This document shows positions 11,368 through 24,400 of a stretch of DNA of 64,000 nucleotides, in pieces (within the stretch, counting starts at the first letter, position 1; every line of letters starts with the position of its first letter). Location of the stretch: the NCBI RefSeq assembly GCF_963921235.1, contig NC_086099.1:163804001-163868000 (forward strand). Reading direction: 5' to 3'. This DNA is from Mobula hypostoma (lineage: Eukaryota). The position numbers were made by a program, and so were the translations under genes. Under the pieces are notes generated by a model. That model did not search any database. It was given only the letters and a program-made list of their open reading frames with translations, and was not told the DNA's origin.

Positions 11368-11740
11368 GTTCAACGTACATTTATTATCAAAGTATGTATA
11401 CTATATGCAACCTTAAGATTCACCTCCTTACAGGCAACCACTAAAGAAACCCCAAAAGAACCCATTTTTTAAAAAATTGCAAACTCCAAAAAAATAGAAA
11501 AAAAACAAATCGTGCAAACTATAAAAGTAGGCAAATAACATTCAGAAATGAAGTTCAGGAAAGTGAGTCCACAACTACGAAGCCAGTCACAGCCAATCCA
11601 GGAACCTGTTAGTTGCAGGCCATGGCCTCAGTTCAGCACAGAAACAAGTGGACCTCACAGGCAGTGAGCCAAACAACAACCTGTCTCTCTCCTCCAGCTC
11701 TGACACCCTGACCGTTTCAATCTGGCCCAATCTCTCTAAA
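11368..11740 (-). mobile_element. Non-autonomous retroposon with Rex1-type 3' tail
   Basis: GTTCAACGTACATTTATTATCAAAGT tail resembles the Rex1 tails at 33120-33175 and 60880-60915; the body is non-coding. Confidence 0.45.
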
Positions 11741-13689
11741 TCAATCAGACTTTAATAGGAAATGAGGCTGGGGTTGGAGGTTCACCTCCTGACTGATTAG
11801 GAGGCGCCTCTCACAGTTTTTAAGTTACTCAGATGTTAGAGACATTTAAAGATATTAAGATTATTATGAAGATTGGGAATATGTAAATCATTTTAGATCA
11901 GAATCAGATTTATTACTACTGACTTAGATGACATAAAATTTGCTATTTTGGGCCAGCAGTACAGTGCTAGCACACAGAGTTGACCATCTCTGGTGCCAGC
12001 TAGCAGTTATTTAAAAAACGCTTAAGAACAAAAAAAAGGAAAATATAAACAACGTTAAGCTGTGAAGAGATTATTAATTATGTTGAAGTAAAATATAATC
12101 AAAACATACCTTTATTCTTAGATTCAGAATCTCCCTTCCAATGCTTAGGAAACTGAGCAAGAGAGGTCTGTTGTGTCTAGCAATGAGTCACCGAGACTGA
12201 AGCATTATTTGGAAAATATTATCTATGAGGAAAGCTTGGATAAGCTAAAAAGTCATTAACCTGAAACATTAACCTTAGTTCTATCTGCACAGAAACTGCC
12301 TTATCAGATGAGTATTTCCAGTATTTTCAAATTTAGTTTCAGATTTCCAGCATCTGCAGTTCTATTGTGTTTAGATAAATTCGGGTCGTTTCCTCTAATC
12401 GAGGAGATTCAGATGATTATCATTATGAGGGGCATAGAAAGGGTAACTGATAGGGCCAACTTCCCTGAACTGAGGGATTAAAATCAGGGGATTTACAGTA
12501 AATTTAAAGTTATTGGTTAAAGGATTAGGGAGGAACTGAGGGAAAGTTATCTTCACCTAAATGATCATATGGTTCTGGAACACACATTGTGAAAAGATGA
12601 TAAAGGCAAAATTACAATTAAGTAATATATAGTTGTGCTGTGACCTTCAAGGTTATGAATCAAGTATTGAAAAGTAGGATCATTCGTTTTCATCTGTCAT
12701 GGCGATAATAAACCGAAGGGCCATCTCTGTGTCAAAGGTTTATGATGATGTATCAGCTTGTCACTGACCTATGGCAGGTCTGGAACTTCCTTATCCGAGC
12801 TGCGTACTGTGGTTCCTGTTCAGTTTATGGGTTAGTATGACTCCTGGAAGATGTGTGCTAAGTTCTGTTCAGCAGTTCCGTTTCACCCTCCCATTCCATT
12901 CTCACTGTGAAGGCTGGTTAAAATCACCACCTACATGAAAGTCGGATTTAGTTTGCTAATTTTGAGCTGTTCCTGCCTCAATGTTAATACTGTTGTTATT
13001 CGGTCATGGAGGTTGGTTAAACATTTTCCCTCTGTAGCTTAACTGAACTCAGTTAATGTCAAAAAGTCATATGTAAAGCCATCCATTTTTCATTACAGAA
13101 TCTGAATAGCATCAATCAGTACAACCTCCAGACTCGAGCATGAAAGATAAAGCAACTTAGAATTACGTTACAAAAAAAACATAAAGCTGTACAAACTTAA
13201 TCTATCATTGTCATGAAAAGCGTATGCTGTATCACAGATTATGTGGTAAAATGCAAAAATGGTCTTAAGCTCTTATTTTAAGTTATTAATTGAAACACAA
13301 TGCAAAATGTTTTAACTGGCTTTGTAGAATACAATTGCTAGATTAGTTTAAATTAATTTAACCTAAGTTTCACTTGAATAATTTCCAATATAGTTAACAG
13401 AACTATTAAAGCTCAAAACCATCTTAGCTGACCTTGAAAGAGCATCTATGGTAAATCCCTACAAAATTTAGTCAAAAGTTAATTAGAATTCAGTTCAAAC
13501 TTATTTATGAGAAAGACCTTCCTTACTCCAGGATAACATATGCAGGATTTACTTGTAAGATGAATATAGTAATTTCACTTTAATTTAGAACTTCACTTTA
13601 ATATAGTTCACCATGAAAGTTAGAACATCACAGCATAGGACAGGTAATTCAGCCCACAAAATCTGTGCCGACTGTGATACTGAATGAAA

Positions 13690-14288
13690 GAAATCCTTTC
13701 TGCCTTCTTCCCGTATCTGTTCATGCCTTGACTAATCAAAAGTCTATCTACCTCTGCCTTTAACATACATAAAGACTTGGCCTCCACAACTGCCTGTGGC
13801 AAAGAATTCCATAGATTCACCACTCTCTGGCTAAAGAAATTCCTCCTTACCTCCACTCTAAAAGGATGCTTCTCTATTCTGAGGCTGTGTCTTCTGGTCT
13901 TTGACTCTCCCACCATAGGAAACATCCTATCCACATCTACTCTACTGAGGCCTATCACCATTCGATAGGTTTCAATGAAGTCACCCTCATTCTTCTGAAT
14001 TCTCGGGAATATAGGCCCAGAGCCATCAAACATTCTTCATATGACAAGCCATTCAATCCTGGAATCGTCTTCACAAACCTCTTTTGAATCCTCTCCAGAT
14101 TCAGCACATCCTTTCTAAGATAAGGAGCCCAAACCTGCTCACAATACTCCAAGCAGGTCCTCACCAGTGTTTTATAAAGCTTCTATATTACATCCTTGCT
14201 TTTATATTCTAGTCCTCTTGAAATAAATGCTAATATTGCATTTGCCTTCCTCATGGTAGACTCAACTTTTAGGGAATCTTGTACAAGG
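13690..14288 (-). mobile_element. CR1 3' fragment
   Basis: LEYCEQVWAPYLRKDVL and RRNFFSQRVVNLWNSLP. Confidence 0.93.
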
Positions 14289-14289
14289 T

Positions 14290-14790
14290 CGACGTACCAC
14301 ACTCTCTCACTTTCTCCCCCTAACGAGGTATCCCCGTTTCACAGTGAGAGGGGAGACATAACAAACAACTTGTCGATTTATAATGTTAAAAGTCTGTTGC
14401 GTTACTTTTTCTGAGCTCTGTACCCAAACAACTCAGGTCTCTGGGCTCACAGCCAGCAGCCAGCTCGCTGCTTTCGATCTTCTGTGTACTCCCATGACTC
14501 ATCAGCTAGCGGCACCAACCTCGAATCTGCCCGCCTCCAGAGCCATGAAAATTTGGCACCCTGAAGTTGCTCTAGTCTTCCAGGTTACATCCTTAGAATA
14601 TTGAAAAATGGCCGGTCGTGAGACCCCATGAGCGGGTCCTATTTCTGCAACAAACTGAAGTTGGGTGTAACTCCAGGTCAGGATCTTCAAAAGAACCCTG
14701 AAAAGGGAAAAAAGTGATATTAAAGATAGAAATAGAGCTGTTTCTGAAGATGCAACCAAAGGAGTCGCCATTAGGCACCATTATCCTACG
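14290..14790 (-). mobile_element. Unclassified interspersed repeat, probable 5' end of a non-autonomous retroposon
   Basis: GC- and CpG-richer block between LINE fragments. The minus strand starts ATAATGGTGCCTAATGGCGACTCC, a YY1-like ATGGCG start as in many LINE 5' ends. Confidence 0.35.
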
Positions 14791-14804
14791 GTTCGTCCTC
14801 CAGT

Positions 14805-15150
14805 TGAGTGAAATTATCCGCTTTGGTTCAAGATCTTCATGGCTGAGGGGTAATAACTATTCCAAAATCTGGTGGTGTGAGCCCTGAGGCTTTTTTCTGA
14901 TTTCCCGATGGCAGCAGTGAGAAGAGGGCATGTCCTGGGAGGTGGAGGTCCCTGAGGATAGATGATGTTTTCCTGCGAGATGCTCTGTTTAGATGTGCTC
15001 GATGTTGGGGAGTGCTTTACCTGTGATGGACTGGGTGGTATCCACTACTTTTTGTAGAATTTTCCATTTAAGGGAATTGGTGTTTCTACACTAGGCTGTG
15101 ATGCAGCCAGACAAAATACTCACCACCACACATCAATGGAAGTTTGTCAA
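14805..15150 (-). mobile_element. Rex1/Babar-type LINE 3' fragment
   Basis: Homologous to 4480-4690 and 32640-32860. Confidence 0.8.
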
Positions 15151-15420
15151 ATTACTTCCTTCTCATTTTAAAGCTATGCTATCTAGTATTCAATGTTTCC
15201 ACCCTGGGAAAATTATTGTGACTGTCTACATTATCTATGACCCTCATAATGTTATAAACTTGTATCGGGTCTCCTCTCAGCCTCTGACACTCCTGAGAAA
15301 ACAATCCAAGTTTGTCCAACCTCTCCTGACAGCTAATTCCCTCTATTCCAGGTAGCATCCTAATAAACCTCTTGTGCATCTTCTCCAAAACCTACAGATG
15401 CCTCCTGTAATGAGGCAACA
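15150..15420 (-). mobile_element. CR1 fragment
   Basis: RFIRMLPGIEGISCQERLDKLGLFSQECQRLRGDPIQVYNIM. Confidence 0.85.
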
Positions 15421-16934
15421 AAATTGTCTTGCAACGCTGTCTTGTGAGGCCTCAGCCCGCATATGTCAACATGTGGCACAGCATGCCCACAATGTTCAAC
15501 TGAACAACGTCAGCAACAACAGCAAAACAAGCCCCTGTTCTCCCTTCCACACAGACACATGCACACTCCTCCATTCCCATGACGGGACCCCTCAAGGGTT
15601 CCAAATTCCAGTCCCTGGCCCAGAGACTCACAGTCATCAGGTCTCAGACTTTCAGATATACCAACTCAAGGGTCTCACCCTTTGGCCTTTGTCTTCTGAT
15701 TTGCTGTCTTTAGGCTTTAACCTTTGGGCTTTGACCTTCTATATTTACTCCAAGACTTAGAACTTCAGACTCAGATAGGTCTCTGACCCCAGATCTCATC
15801 ATCTTGGAGGACGGGGGAGGTGGGGGAGGGTTTGCCCCTAGCCCGGACTCACAGACATCAGTCCTCGACTGTGGATTAACCAACTTCAGGCTTCAATTTT
15901 CAGTATTGATCCCAGGACCATGGATGGGGCTTCAAACTGGACTCACATGGTCCTTTGACCCTAAAGGAGAAATTAGAATCAATCACAACAACATGATAAC
16001 TAAGAAATCAAATAGAGAATTCTGGCAAATGTGAGGCAGAGCATCTTTGTAGCATAGAGAGCTATGAAGAGTGTGGATGTAGTGAGGAGAAAATGATTGA
16101 CAACATGAGGGAAACAGCATTTCAGGGTTATGCTGAATGAAGGAGATAATCAAATGAGCTACAAGAGCAGAGTGGCTTATTTGTTAAAATGGTTTGTTTT
16201 CTATTGTGTGCTTGATAAATAATTATATATATTTAAATTATTTGCTAAGTATTTTTTAAAAAGTTGAAATAATTGGATGATTTCCTTTGGGACTTCGGCA
16301 AAATCACTTGCAAGTTTAATCATTTTTGAAAGGAACATTTGATGAGATAGGGAATTAATTACTTTAAAAGTGATAAGCTGCAAAATTGTTTGCAATTATT
16401 ATTCAGAAGATCGTATACATTTGTTAATTATTTAAATGAACAATGCAATGGAATAGATCCACAGAGAATTTGAAATAAGAATCTCAACTTCCAGTTGTGT
16501 AGCAGATTTTCACTTTCAAGTGACCAGGGACTCTTCCTTGCAGAAGGCCAACTGAAAAGAGAAATATTATTTCCATCACTGAAAACAAATGGTATCTCAT
16601 GAGGTCTTTGAAGACAGAAAAAAAACACTGCAAGAATGGTAATCATTCATAAACAATCATGCTTATGAACAAGATCACTAATAGAATGCAGTGGACTGAA
16701 TGCAAAATCAAACATACAAATAGACGGCAGTTTTTATTGTCATCTGAACATGTGTATATCTGCACATATATACAACCAAATGAAACAACATTCCTCTGGA
16801 CCATGATCCACCCACTAAACATATATCACAATCAGCACGTTAAACAAATAAGTTAATAAAATATGATTCAAAGTGCATGCAGTGTACAGTGCAGGTAAAC
16901 AGGAAACATTAATCAGTACAGTAAACAGCTTGTT

Positions 16935-17295
16935 AGAATCTAGAAGAATACAGCACAGGAACAGGCCATTTGGTCAATGATGTTGTGCTGAACCAAATCA
17001 AAAACGCCCATACACTAATCCCTCCTACCTACACCATGTCCATATTCCTCCATCTTCCTTACATCCATGTGCCCATCCAAACATCACTTAAAAACTTCTA
17101 ATGTACAGTATTTGCCTCTATGAGCATACCAGGCAGCACATTCCAGACATCCACCACTCTCAGAGTAAAAAAATTTACCACTCACATCCCCCTTGAACCT
17201 ACCTGCTCTCAGCTTCAATATTTACCCTCTGATGTTAGACATTTCAACCTTGGGTGTTAAACATTTCAGCCCTGGGTGTTAAACATTTCAGCCTT
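16935..17295 (-). mobile_element. CR1 3' tail with a 22-bp tandem repeat at its 5' junction
   Basis: CR1 3' UTR; GGTGTTAAACATTTCAGCCCTG occurs ~2.8 times at 17232-17293. Confidence 0.75.
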
Positions 17296-17319
17296 ACTGT
17301 CCCAGTGACAAGACTTTGG

Positions 17320-17950
17320 TGGTGTCAGGGTATTCTCACAATCTGAGGGAAGAAACTGTTGCTCAGTACAGCAGTCCTAGTCCTGATGCTCTTGATGCTT
17401 CTGTACCTCCTTCCTGGCAGCAGTGGATCAAAGAGATTGTGGGATGGGTGGTAGGGGTCCTGCTTTGGGCCCTTCGTCTGCATTCCTCCCAGTAACTGTC
17501 ACAAGTAGGGGGATGGAGGCCCCAGTGATCCTCTCAGCAGCTTTTACTATCCTCTGTAGGGTTTTGTCATCTGATGCTTTGTTGGTGCTCCTGCAGAAAG
17601 TTGTTAGAATGGGGGGCAGGAAGCCTTGCACATCTCAGTCTCCTCAGAAAATGTAGAGGCTGCTTTGCCTTCTTGACTAATGTGTAGGCGTTGTGGGTTC
17701 AGATTAGATTGCCCATTATGTGCACATCAAGGAATTTGCACACCAATGGAGAGTGGTCAACTGTACTTTTCTGAAGTCCACAATCGTCTCTTTTGTCTTG
17801 TCCATGTAATTGTTCTCACACTATTTGACAAGCCTCTCAACTTCCTCGCTGTTGCTGACTCATCATTTCTACTGATGAGGGCAACCCGCTGTTGTATGTT
17901 CAGCAAACTTGATGATATGGTTTGAGCTGCATCTGGCAGTGCAATTGCAA
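17320..17950 (-). mobile_element. Rex1/Babar-type fragment
   Basis: KTLQRIVKAAERITGASIP plus a broken KFA motif. Confidence 0.75.
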
Positions 17951-18524
17951 GTCAGCAGCCTGAGCACACAGGATGCCACCACTGTCCCCACAAAGGAGGC
18001 TGTTGGTGCATTTTGCTAAGTAATATTGATTGATTTTTATCAATGACGGTCCCTGGCTCTGGGAGACTTTGTCAACAGAAAGATATGGTAATGACTTTGT
18101 CAATCTATCCCTTTTCTAAATTAAATTCACAGGTTGGAGCCATCTGCTCTCTTGCTCTTCCAGCTATCCAGAACCTTGACAGCTGAATGAGCTGATCTTG
18201 TTCCTACAATTAAGCCCTCCAGATCTGTCACCCCAAACCCCTGACAACCTACCCTGCCACACCACGTGCACAGATATACACCAGCTGTGGAGAGCTGAAT
18301 GGCTTCTCAGCTCCCTGGAGCTGTGCTCATGGGGCCATTGTCGTTCTGTGACACTGGGGTGGTGCCTCAATGAACACCAGCTGCTTCAAGGTCATCTCAG
18401 GCACAAGTGATAATGTAACATTTTTATTACTGGAGTTAGCTTTGGAGTCATGAGGCCTGGATTCTATAATTGTATTGACTGATCAGGTTTGACACCAATA
18501 TCTGGCATTTATTTAACTTTTATT

Positions 18525-18828
18525 TTTTATTTAGTAATACAGTGTGGAGTAGGCCCTTCCGGCCCTTCAAGCCATGCCGCTCCAGCAGCCCCTGACAAAC
18601 CCAATTAACCCTAGCCTAATCATGGGACAATTTACAATAACTTAATTAACCTGCCTGGTACATCTTTGGACTGTGAGTGGAAACCGTAGCATCCGGAGAA
18701 AACTCACGCATTCCATGGGGATCTCATAAAGAGACTTCTTACAGAATGGCACCAGTATTGAATTCCAAGTGGAGGAATATGCCGAGCTGTCATAGCTTCG
18801 CACTAACTGCCATGCTACCGTGGCGCCC
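18525..18828 (-). mobile_element. tRNA-derived V-SINE (HE1-like)
   Basis: Head GGGCGCCACGGTAGCATGGCAGTTAG, V-domain TTCTCCGGATGCTACGGTTTCCACTCACAGTCCAAAGA, CR1-like tail ending AAATAAA. Confidence 0.85.
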
Positions 18829-18960
18829 TTAAACATGGAAGTCCGAAAGTTGCTGTTAACGGTTTGCTGGTTTCGCAAAAGTTGTTCTTTTCTCCAGCAT
18901 GATTTCAGGAAATTGGTGAACTAACAAAAACATCAAATCTTTATAAATTATTCTCACTGT

Positions 18961-19804
18961 TGTTACGAGAATACACATAAAATTAAGATGTTTGCTGGCC
19001 TGGGCTAGCATCAGTGGCATCAGCAGTTGGTCTGCCACCTGCCCTCAGGGGAAGGAGAGATAAGGAACAATGGAGCAGCGTCTGGAGATGTGTAATGAAG
19101 GGATGTGGGAGGGAGAGCTGTCTGGAGCGGCTCCCCCCTTTGAACCCTGAACTGTTTGAAGTGATGGACAAGCGATACCCCAGCAGGGGGATAAAAAGGG
19201 ACAGGTTCGCTAAGACGACACACACGCCACCCGAGGTAACAAGACCCTGGAAGCGGTGCGCCTCTCACGAGTGGGTGAGAAGTGCCAGACAACGACAAGG
19301 GTGGAAAGGTACGATCAGCGGGAACCCGGTGTGTGTCCGCCCTTGCCTGGGTGCCGGGTTCACTGCAGAGGATCGACCGCATCTGGAGGAGGGGTCACAG
19401 TCGGTGACCTCAGGTGACATCACCAAGGACCCGCCCAAAAAGTTGCTCGTGAGCCATCCCGCTGGTCTGTGAGTGAAGCCGTTCTGAATGATGAGTTGTT
19501 CCTGTTCTCTCTGTCTCTCTTCCCCCACCTTGTCCATCGCCATGGCAACGATTACTGCGAACTGAACTTTGAGTCATTTTGAAATTGGTCATTTACCCCT
19601 AGACAACGATAGAGCTTGATTGATGCTGTTATCTTAATTCTGTGCACATGTGTGGTTATCATTGTTGAATTGTTGCATTTATTATCCTTTCGATTACTGT
19701 GTTGCTTGTTTCTTTAATAAAACTTTCTTAGTTCTAGTACTCCAGACTCCAACTGAGTGTTCCATTTCTGCTGGTTTGGCAACCCAGTTACGGGGTACGT
19801 AACA
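18961..19804 (+). mobile_element. Solo LTR (Gypsy-like), young
   Basis: TGTTACG...CGTAACA termini, CTGT TSD (18957-18960 and 19805-19808), GATAAAA at ~19190, AATAAA at ~19716, CpG-rich. Confidence 0.9.
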
Positions 19805-20754
19805 CTGTTATGACTGTGACTAAGTCATTGGAGACTGAAATTGGTAGATGTGAGAGATCTTTATTCAACACGACAAGCAGACATTCTCTTGGAAACACTT
19901 GCTGTGGAATCTCCCTGAACTCCAAGTACAAAATATTGTGATTTTATACTCTTAAGGACAAGGACGGCAGTAGGTAATTCTGTACAAATTCAGGAGTTAT
20001 GATTACTTTTGCTTAAGTATTTTAGTGCCAACAAAGGATTCCATTGAAGTACATATTTACATTGGGAGCACATCATAACTGACAAGATACTTCTGAATAT
20101 TCAAAAACATGTCAGTTTGGCCAGAGTGATTCACGAAGATAATCTAAAAGCTTCTGAAGACAGAGAACCCAGAAATCCAAAACTACTACAATGAGAGCTG
20201 GCTTTCTGGGCACTCAAGTATTGCAGTTTTTGATAAACAAGCAAATATTCTCATGTGCTAATTGACAAAGTAATTTTGGCCTAGGAGTTTCCTTGATCTC
20301 AGTCACAATGATGCAAAATAACTTCGCTGAAGGTGTCTGATGCCTGATTTTATATAGTCCAAATGAAGTACCTTATTGTCTTGCATTTGACTGTTGCATA
20401 TGAGAATGTCTCTTAGCTGTGTCACTTAGCAACCTTTATCTCTTGAATGGTTTCTTAACAGTGGACCAGTAGCCTGTGCTGTGTAGACAATACTGTTTGT
20501 TTACAAAACTATTCCTTTAATTTCAAAACTAATTAGCGCTTATAATTACACATGAACAGCTTTTATTTGTTTGAAGATTAGTTTTTGTTTGAATTAACTG
20601 TCTGTTACCCCTATGAATTTTGAAAAATGTCCAATTTCAGTAATATCCTGAAAATGGTATTGTTTGCTGTACAAGATGCGTGTGAGTTTTAATAATGTAC
20701 TGATCTATGATTATTGCTTAGCAAACTCTCTGGCTGTAAATAAATATCAAATTG

Positions 20755-21085
20755 GATGGCTCAGTGGTGCAATTACTAGAGGTGTTGTTTTCCAGCTTCA
20801 GTGATCCAGGTTCAGTCCCGACCACCAGTGCTGATTTGTGTGGAATTCTCCCTGTTATGGCTTTCCCCCACGAACCATGTTTTAGGGTTAGGTTTAGACT
20901 GCTGTTTGGCATGTTGATCTGTGATTATGAATTGCCCCTCAGTATCATGGGGGAGAAGAGAACAGGAAACGGTGCCGATGCGAATGAGAAGAAAATAGAA
21001 AGGTGATTAGTGTCAATGGATGCTTGGTGGTCAATGTGGACTCAGTGTGCTGAAGAACCGATATTTGTGCTTTATGACTCTATAT
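20755..21085 (+). mobile_element. Diverged tRNA-derived SINE
   Basis: A- and B-box-like head (TGGCTCAGTGG...GGTTCAGTCCC) and a CR1-like tail. Confidence 0.6.
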
Positions 21086-21144
21086 CTGCGAATTGTAATC
21101 CCTTCAATCACCATTTCAAGATTTAATAGATCTTATGATAAAAT

Positions 21145-21445
21145 TATTTTATTTAGCGATACAGCATGGAGGCCATTCCAGTCCTTTGAGCCGTGTCACC
21201 CTGCTACCCCCACAACCCCCATTAACCCTAACCTAATCACGAGACAATTTACAGTGACCGATGAACCTACCCAGTATGTCTTTAGACTGGGGGAGGAAAC
21301 CAGAGCACTCAGGGGAAAACCCATGCATTCCACAGGGTGGATGTATAGAGACTCCGTACAGAACGGCACCGGAATTTAACTCTGAACTCCAGAACTCTCC
21401 ACCTTGTAATAGTGTCATGCTAATCACTGAGATAACGTGGCGCCC
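21145..21445 (-). mobile_element. V-SINE (HE1-like)
   Basis: Colinear with 18525-18828. Confidence 0.85.
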
Positions 21446-24400
21446 AATTTACTTTTGGAAATCTTTTCATATTTCAGCTTCCAGTTTAATATTGTGTATT
21501 TTGAAAATGTTGAAAATATTGATTAAATGTTGTGTATTTTGATTTGCTATATATGAGAATTCTTTAATGCGATTAGCTACTCAGTAAACTTAACAATATC
21601 ACAGCTTCTGGCACCAGATGTCCCACTGAACCGAAGCTTCACAGCAGTCAAACATGGAAAAGGTGGTCTGCACTGCCGAAATCTCAAAATCTTTGTGAAT
21701 AACTATCCCCGTGGTCTATAAAATCCAGACGGACATTTTGTTCGCTGTCTTTGGAGGAGGTGGTAAAATTGAAGAGTACAACTTCAGAAAGCATTACTGA
21801 GTTACATGGATGGCTGGTAACGGTAGAGAAATATGCCGTGGACACACTGTAAATAAGCAGATTGAAAATGTGCTTTGCATGAGAAATCTGAGCTGCTCCT
21901 GCAGATTTGACATATGTGAGCAGCAGTCCTTTTGAACCTTTTAATCACAGCAGATTTTGCAGTTGTTATTTTCACTGCATGCTGGCTCATTACTTGCATC
22001 CAGTGAAACAATAAAAGGAATAAACACCTGCTTATGAGTCTAAGACAGATGCAGTTAGCTGAGTTTGGTAACTCTACATGGGCTGGATACAGATACACAA
22101 TGCACAGTAGGGCTGGGTGTAGTGAGCTGAATTCAAATGGAAGAAATTGCTAACTTCAGCTTCAAACCTTCATGGAATAATGATGCATTAAGAAAAAAGC
22201 TTAAAAAATATTTTAAACAAACTTATATGTATTGTACAGCAAGTTCATTTCACTAACTGTGAACTGTAGACCCTGGAGTTAGCTAGCAAGAAAATCCTAC
22301 TGTAAGAGCACTAGTGTTTAAATGAAATGAGATGAGATGAGAGTGTGACCACACAAAATGGAGAATATAGCTTTGCCTTACAAGAGGAAATGTGTACTTC
22401 AAATCAAGGAAATCTTTGGATAGACGGATTTGAACGATGCATTTTGATGAGTGAAGTTTTCTGTTGTGATCAATATTCCACCAGTCAATCTTTTGAGTGT
22501 TAAGTGTAGTAGCCCCACTGTAAGGACTGTAGGTCAGATTTTGTCATGAGACTAATTATATTCATCATTACCAAATGTAAATGAGATGACAAGCTCCATT
22601 GATCACATTGCATGGTTAAATGGGTAAGTTATGATGTTCCTGTGAGGATTGTTGTGATAAACTAGAGAACAATATACCATTAAAATACCAAAACATTACT
22701 TAAATGTTGCTTTTAAAGAGAGGTAGGAACCAATGGAGGAATTTTTTACGTTTCTCTATTCTATTCTAAATAACCTTTTGGTAACACATTACTTCCACTG
22801 TAAATAGAAACTCTATCATTCGGCTTTTAAGTATTGATGATTTTTTATTCAAGATTTTTCCCCTTTTAATTTTTCTCTTTTTTCTTAACTCCCTCTGGAC
22901 TTTCCTTCCTTTAGTTTGCCTTTGGTACCAAATGAGATGTGAATTAATTATTCAACCTGTTGCTCTCAAGTGCAGGCGCTGTGATGCTCATCACCAATTG
23001 TTTAATTTGATTGGTTAAGGAGATTCTTTTGTTTTCTCAGTTCACCCAGGTTCCAGATCTTTTCCAACAACAAATCCTTTTTGCCATGTTTGTCTGACAG
23101 GAATCTCCAGTTTATAAGAAGTATTTGGGAAAGTGGAAATTTAACAAGAATCTCTTGAGTTGTGGTGAAGGTTCTCAGCCTGAAACGTTGACTGTTTATT
23201 CACTTCCATAGATACTGCTTGACCTGCTGAGTTCTTCCAGCATTTTATGTTGGTTGCAAACAATTCTGTTGTTGACTGTAAAACCTGACCCACAGTTTCC
23301 TACAGGAAATATAAAATTCAAAAGAAAATGCTTTGAACGTTTTGAGCTATTATTTCTGTTTCACCATTTCAGTGTTGTCATGCTCTTGGCTTGTATTCAA
23401 GTGACACATTGTGCTGTTATTAGTTATCCCTCAAACATTTCACAAGCCAAGGGGCCAGGTTGAAAGCTCTCTTGCAAGATCCTTCAACTTCTGTCCTGTA
23501 ATTGGCAGTTCCCTGAAGGTGCTTAGGCTGCCACAATAGTTGAAAGCTAGTAGACTATGCCACCACAGGCTGTGTGCTGAAGTGTAACTTTTATCAGTAG
23601 CTGAAATGGTGTCAAAGAGAAAAATCCACACTGGTCTCTCAGTTTTCATCTTATATCTGTTCGTTACTCTTATTGTTATATTGTCATTTTCTTTGCGGGG
23701 ATTTTTGGCCCTGAATTCAATTTCTTTTTATGCAGAATTTATCTGTAACAATTATGTATTTTAGTGCGTGAGTGGGTTTGAATACAGCAATAGGTGTTAA
23801 GGATTTTGGGTTTTTGTTAGAAAGTGTTCTGGTTTTATGACTTTTTAACAAAACTTTTAAACAAAATTTGGAAAGTCTATTCTTTGTTTAGTAGCTGTCT
23901 ATGGAGAAGACAAATCTCTGAGTTGTATACTGCATATGGCCTTTAATAGATGCACTTTAAATCCTTTCAATAATTTTTTCAGCTGCTTTTCTGCTGTGTT
24001 GCATATTTATCTTGATAATATGGAAACTGATGTAGGGAGAATAAACTGACAGAGATATTGCTTACACAACGTTTTTCATGATTTCTTTCTGTAGAAAAGA
24101 CCGATCTTTTATTCATCTTTTTCCTTTATATTCCACTTACCTAAGCTACTATTCAGCTCTTTTTAATATTTTAAACAACTTTCTACCAAATTGTTTTTAA
24201 AAAAATCCCTACTTCAATCATGTTTTGTGACTAGAAGTTCCATATTCTAACAACCCTCTAGATAACTTGTGCATTTTTAAGAAATATCTGAAGTTTATGG
24301 CATTCTTCCTAATACCACCATTTCAATTCATATCTTCCACACAGTCCCTAGACTTTCTCAAGCTGATAAAATTTATGAGACAGGAGTCTACTAACTTTTC

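Noticed and set aside
18525-18828. tRNA gene
   Set aside because: Only a degenerate tRNA-derived SINE head followed by a V-domain and LINE tail; there is no cloverleaf.
19014-19472. 152-aa ORF and overlapping antisense ORFs
   Set aside because: These fall within a GC-rich solo LTR and have no recognisable domain.
21635-21690. Possible pre-miRNA or SECIS-like hairpin
   Set aside because: The stem is short and bulged, with no recognisable mature miRNA or SECIS core.
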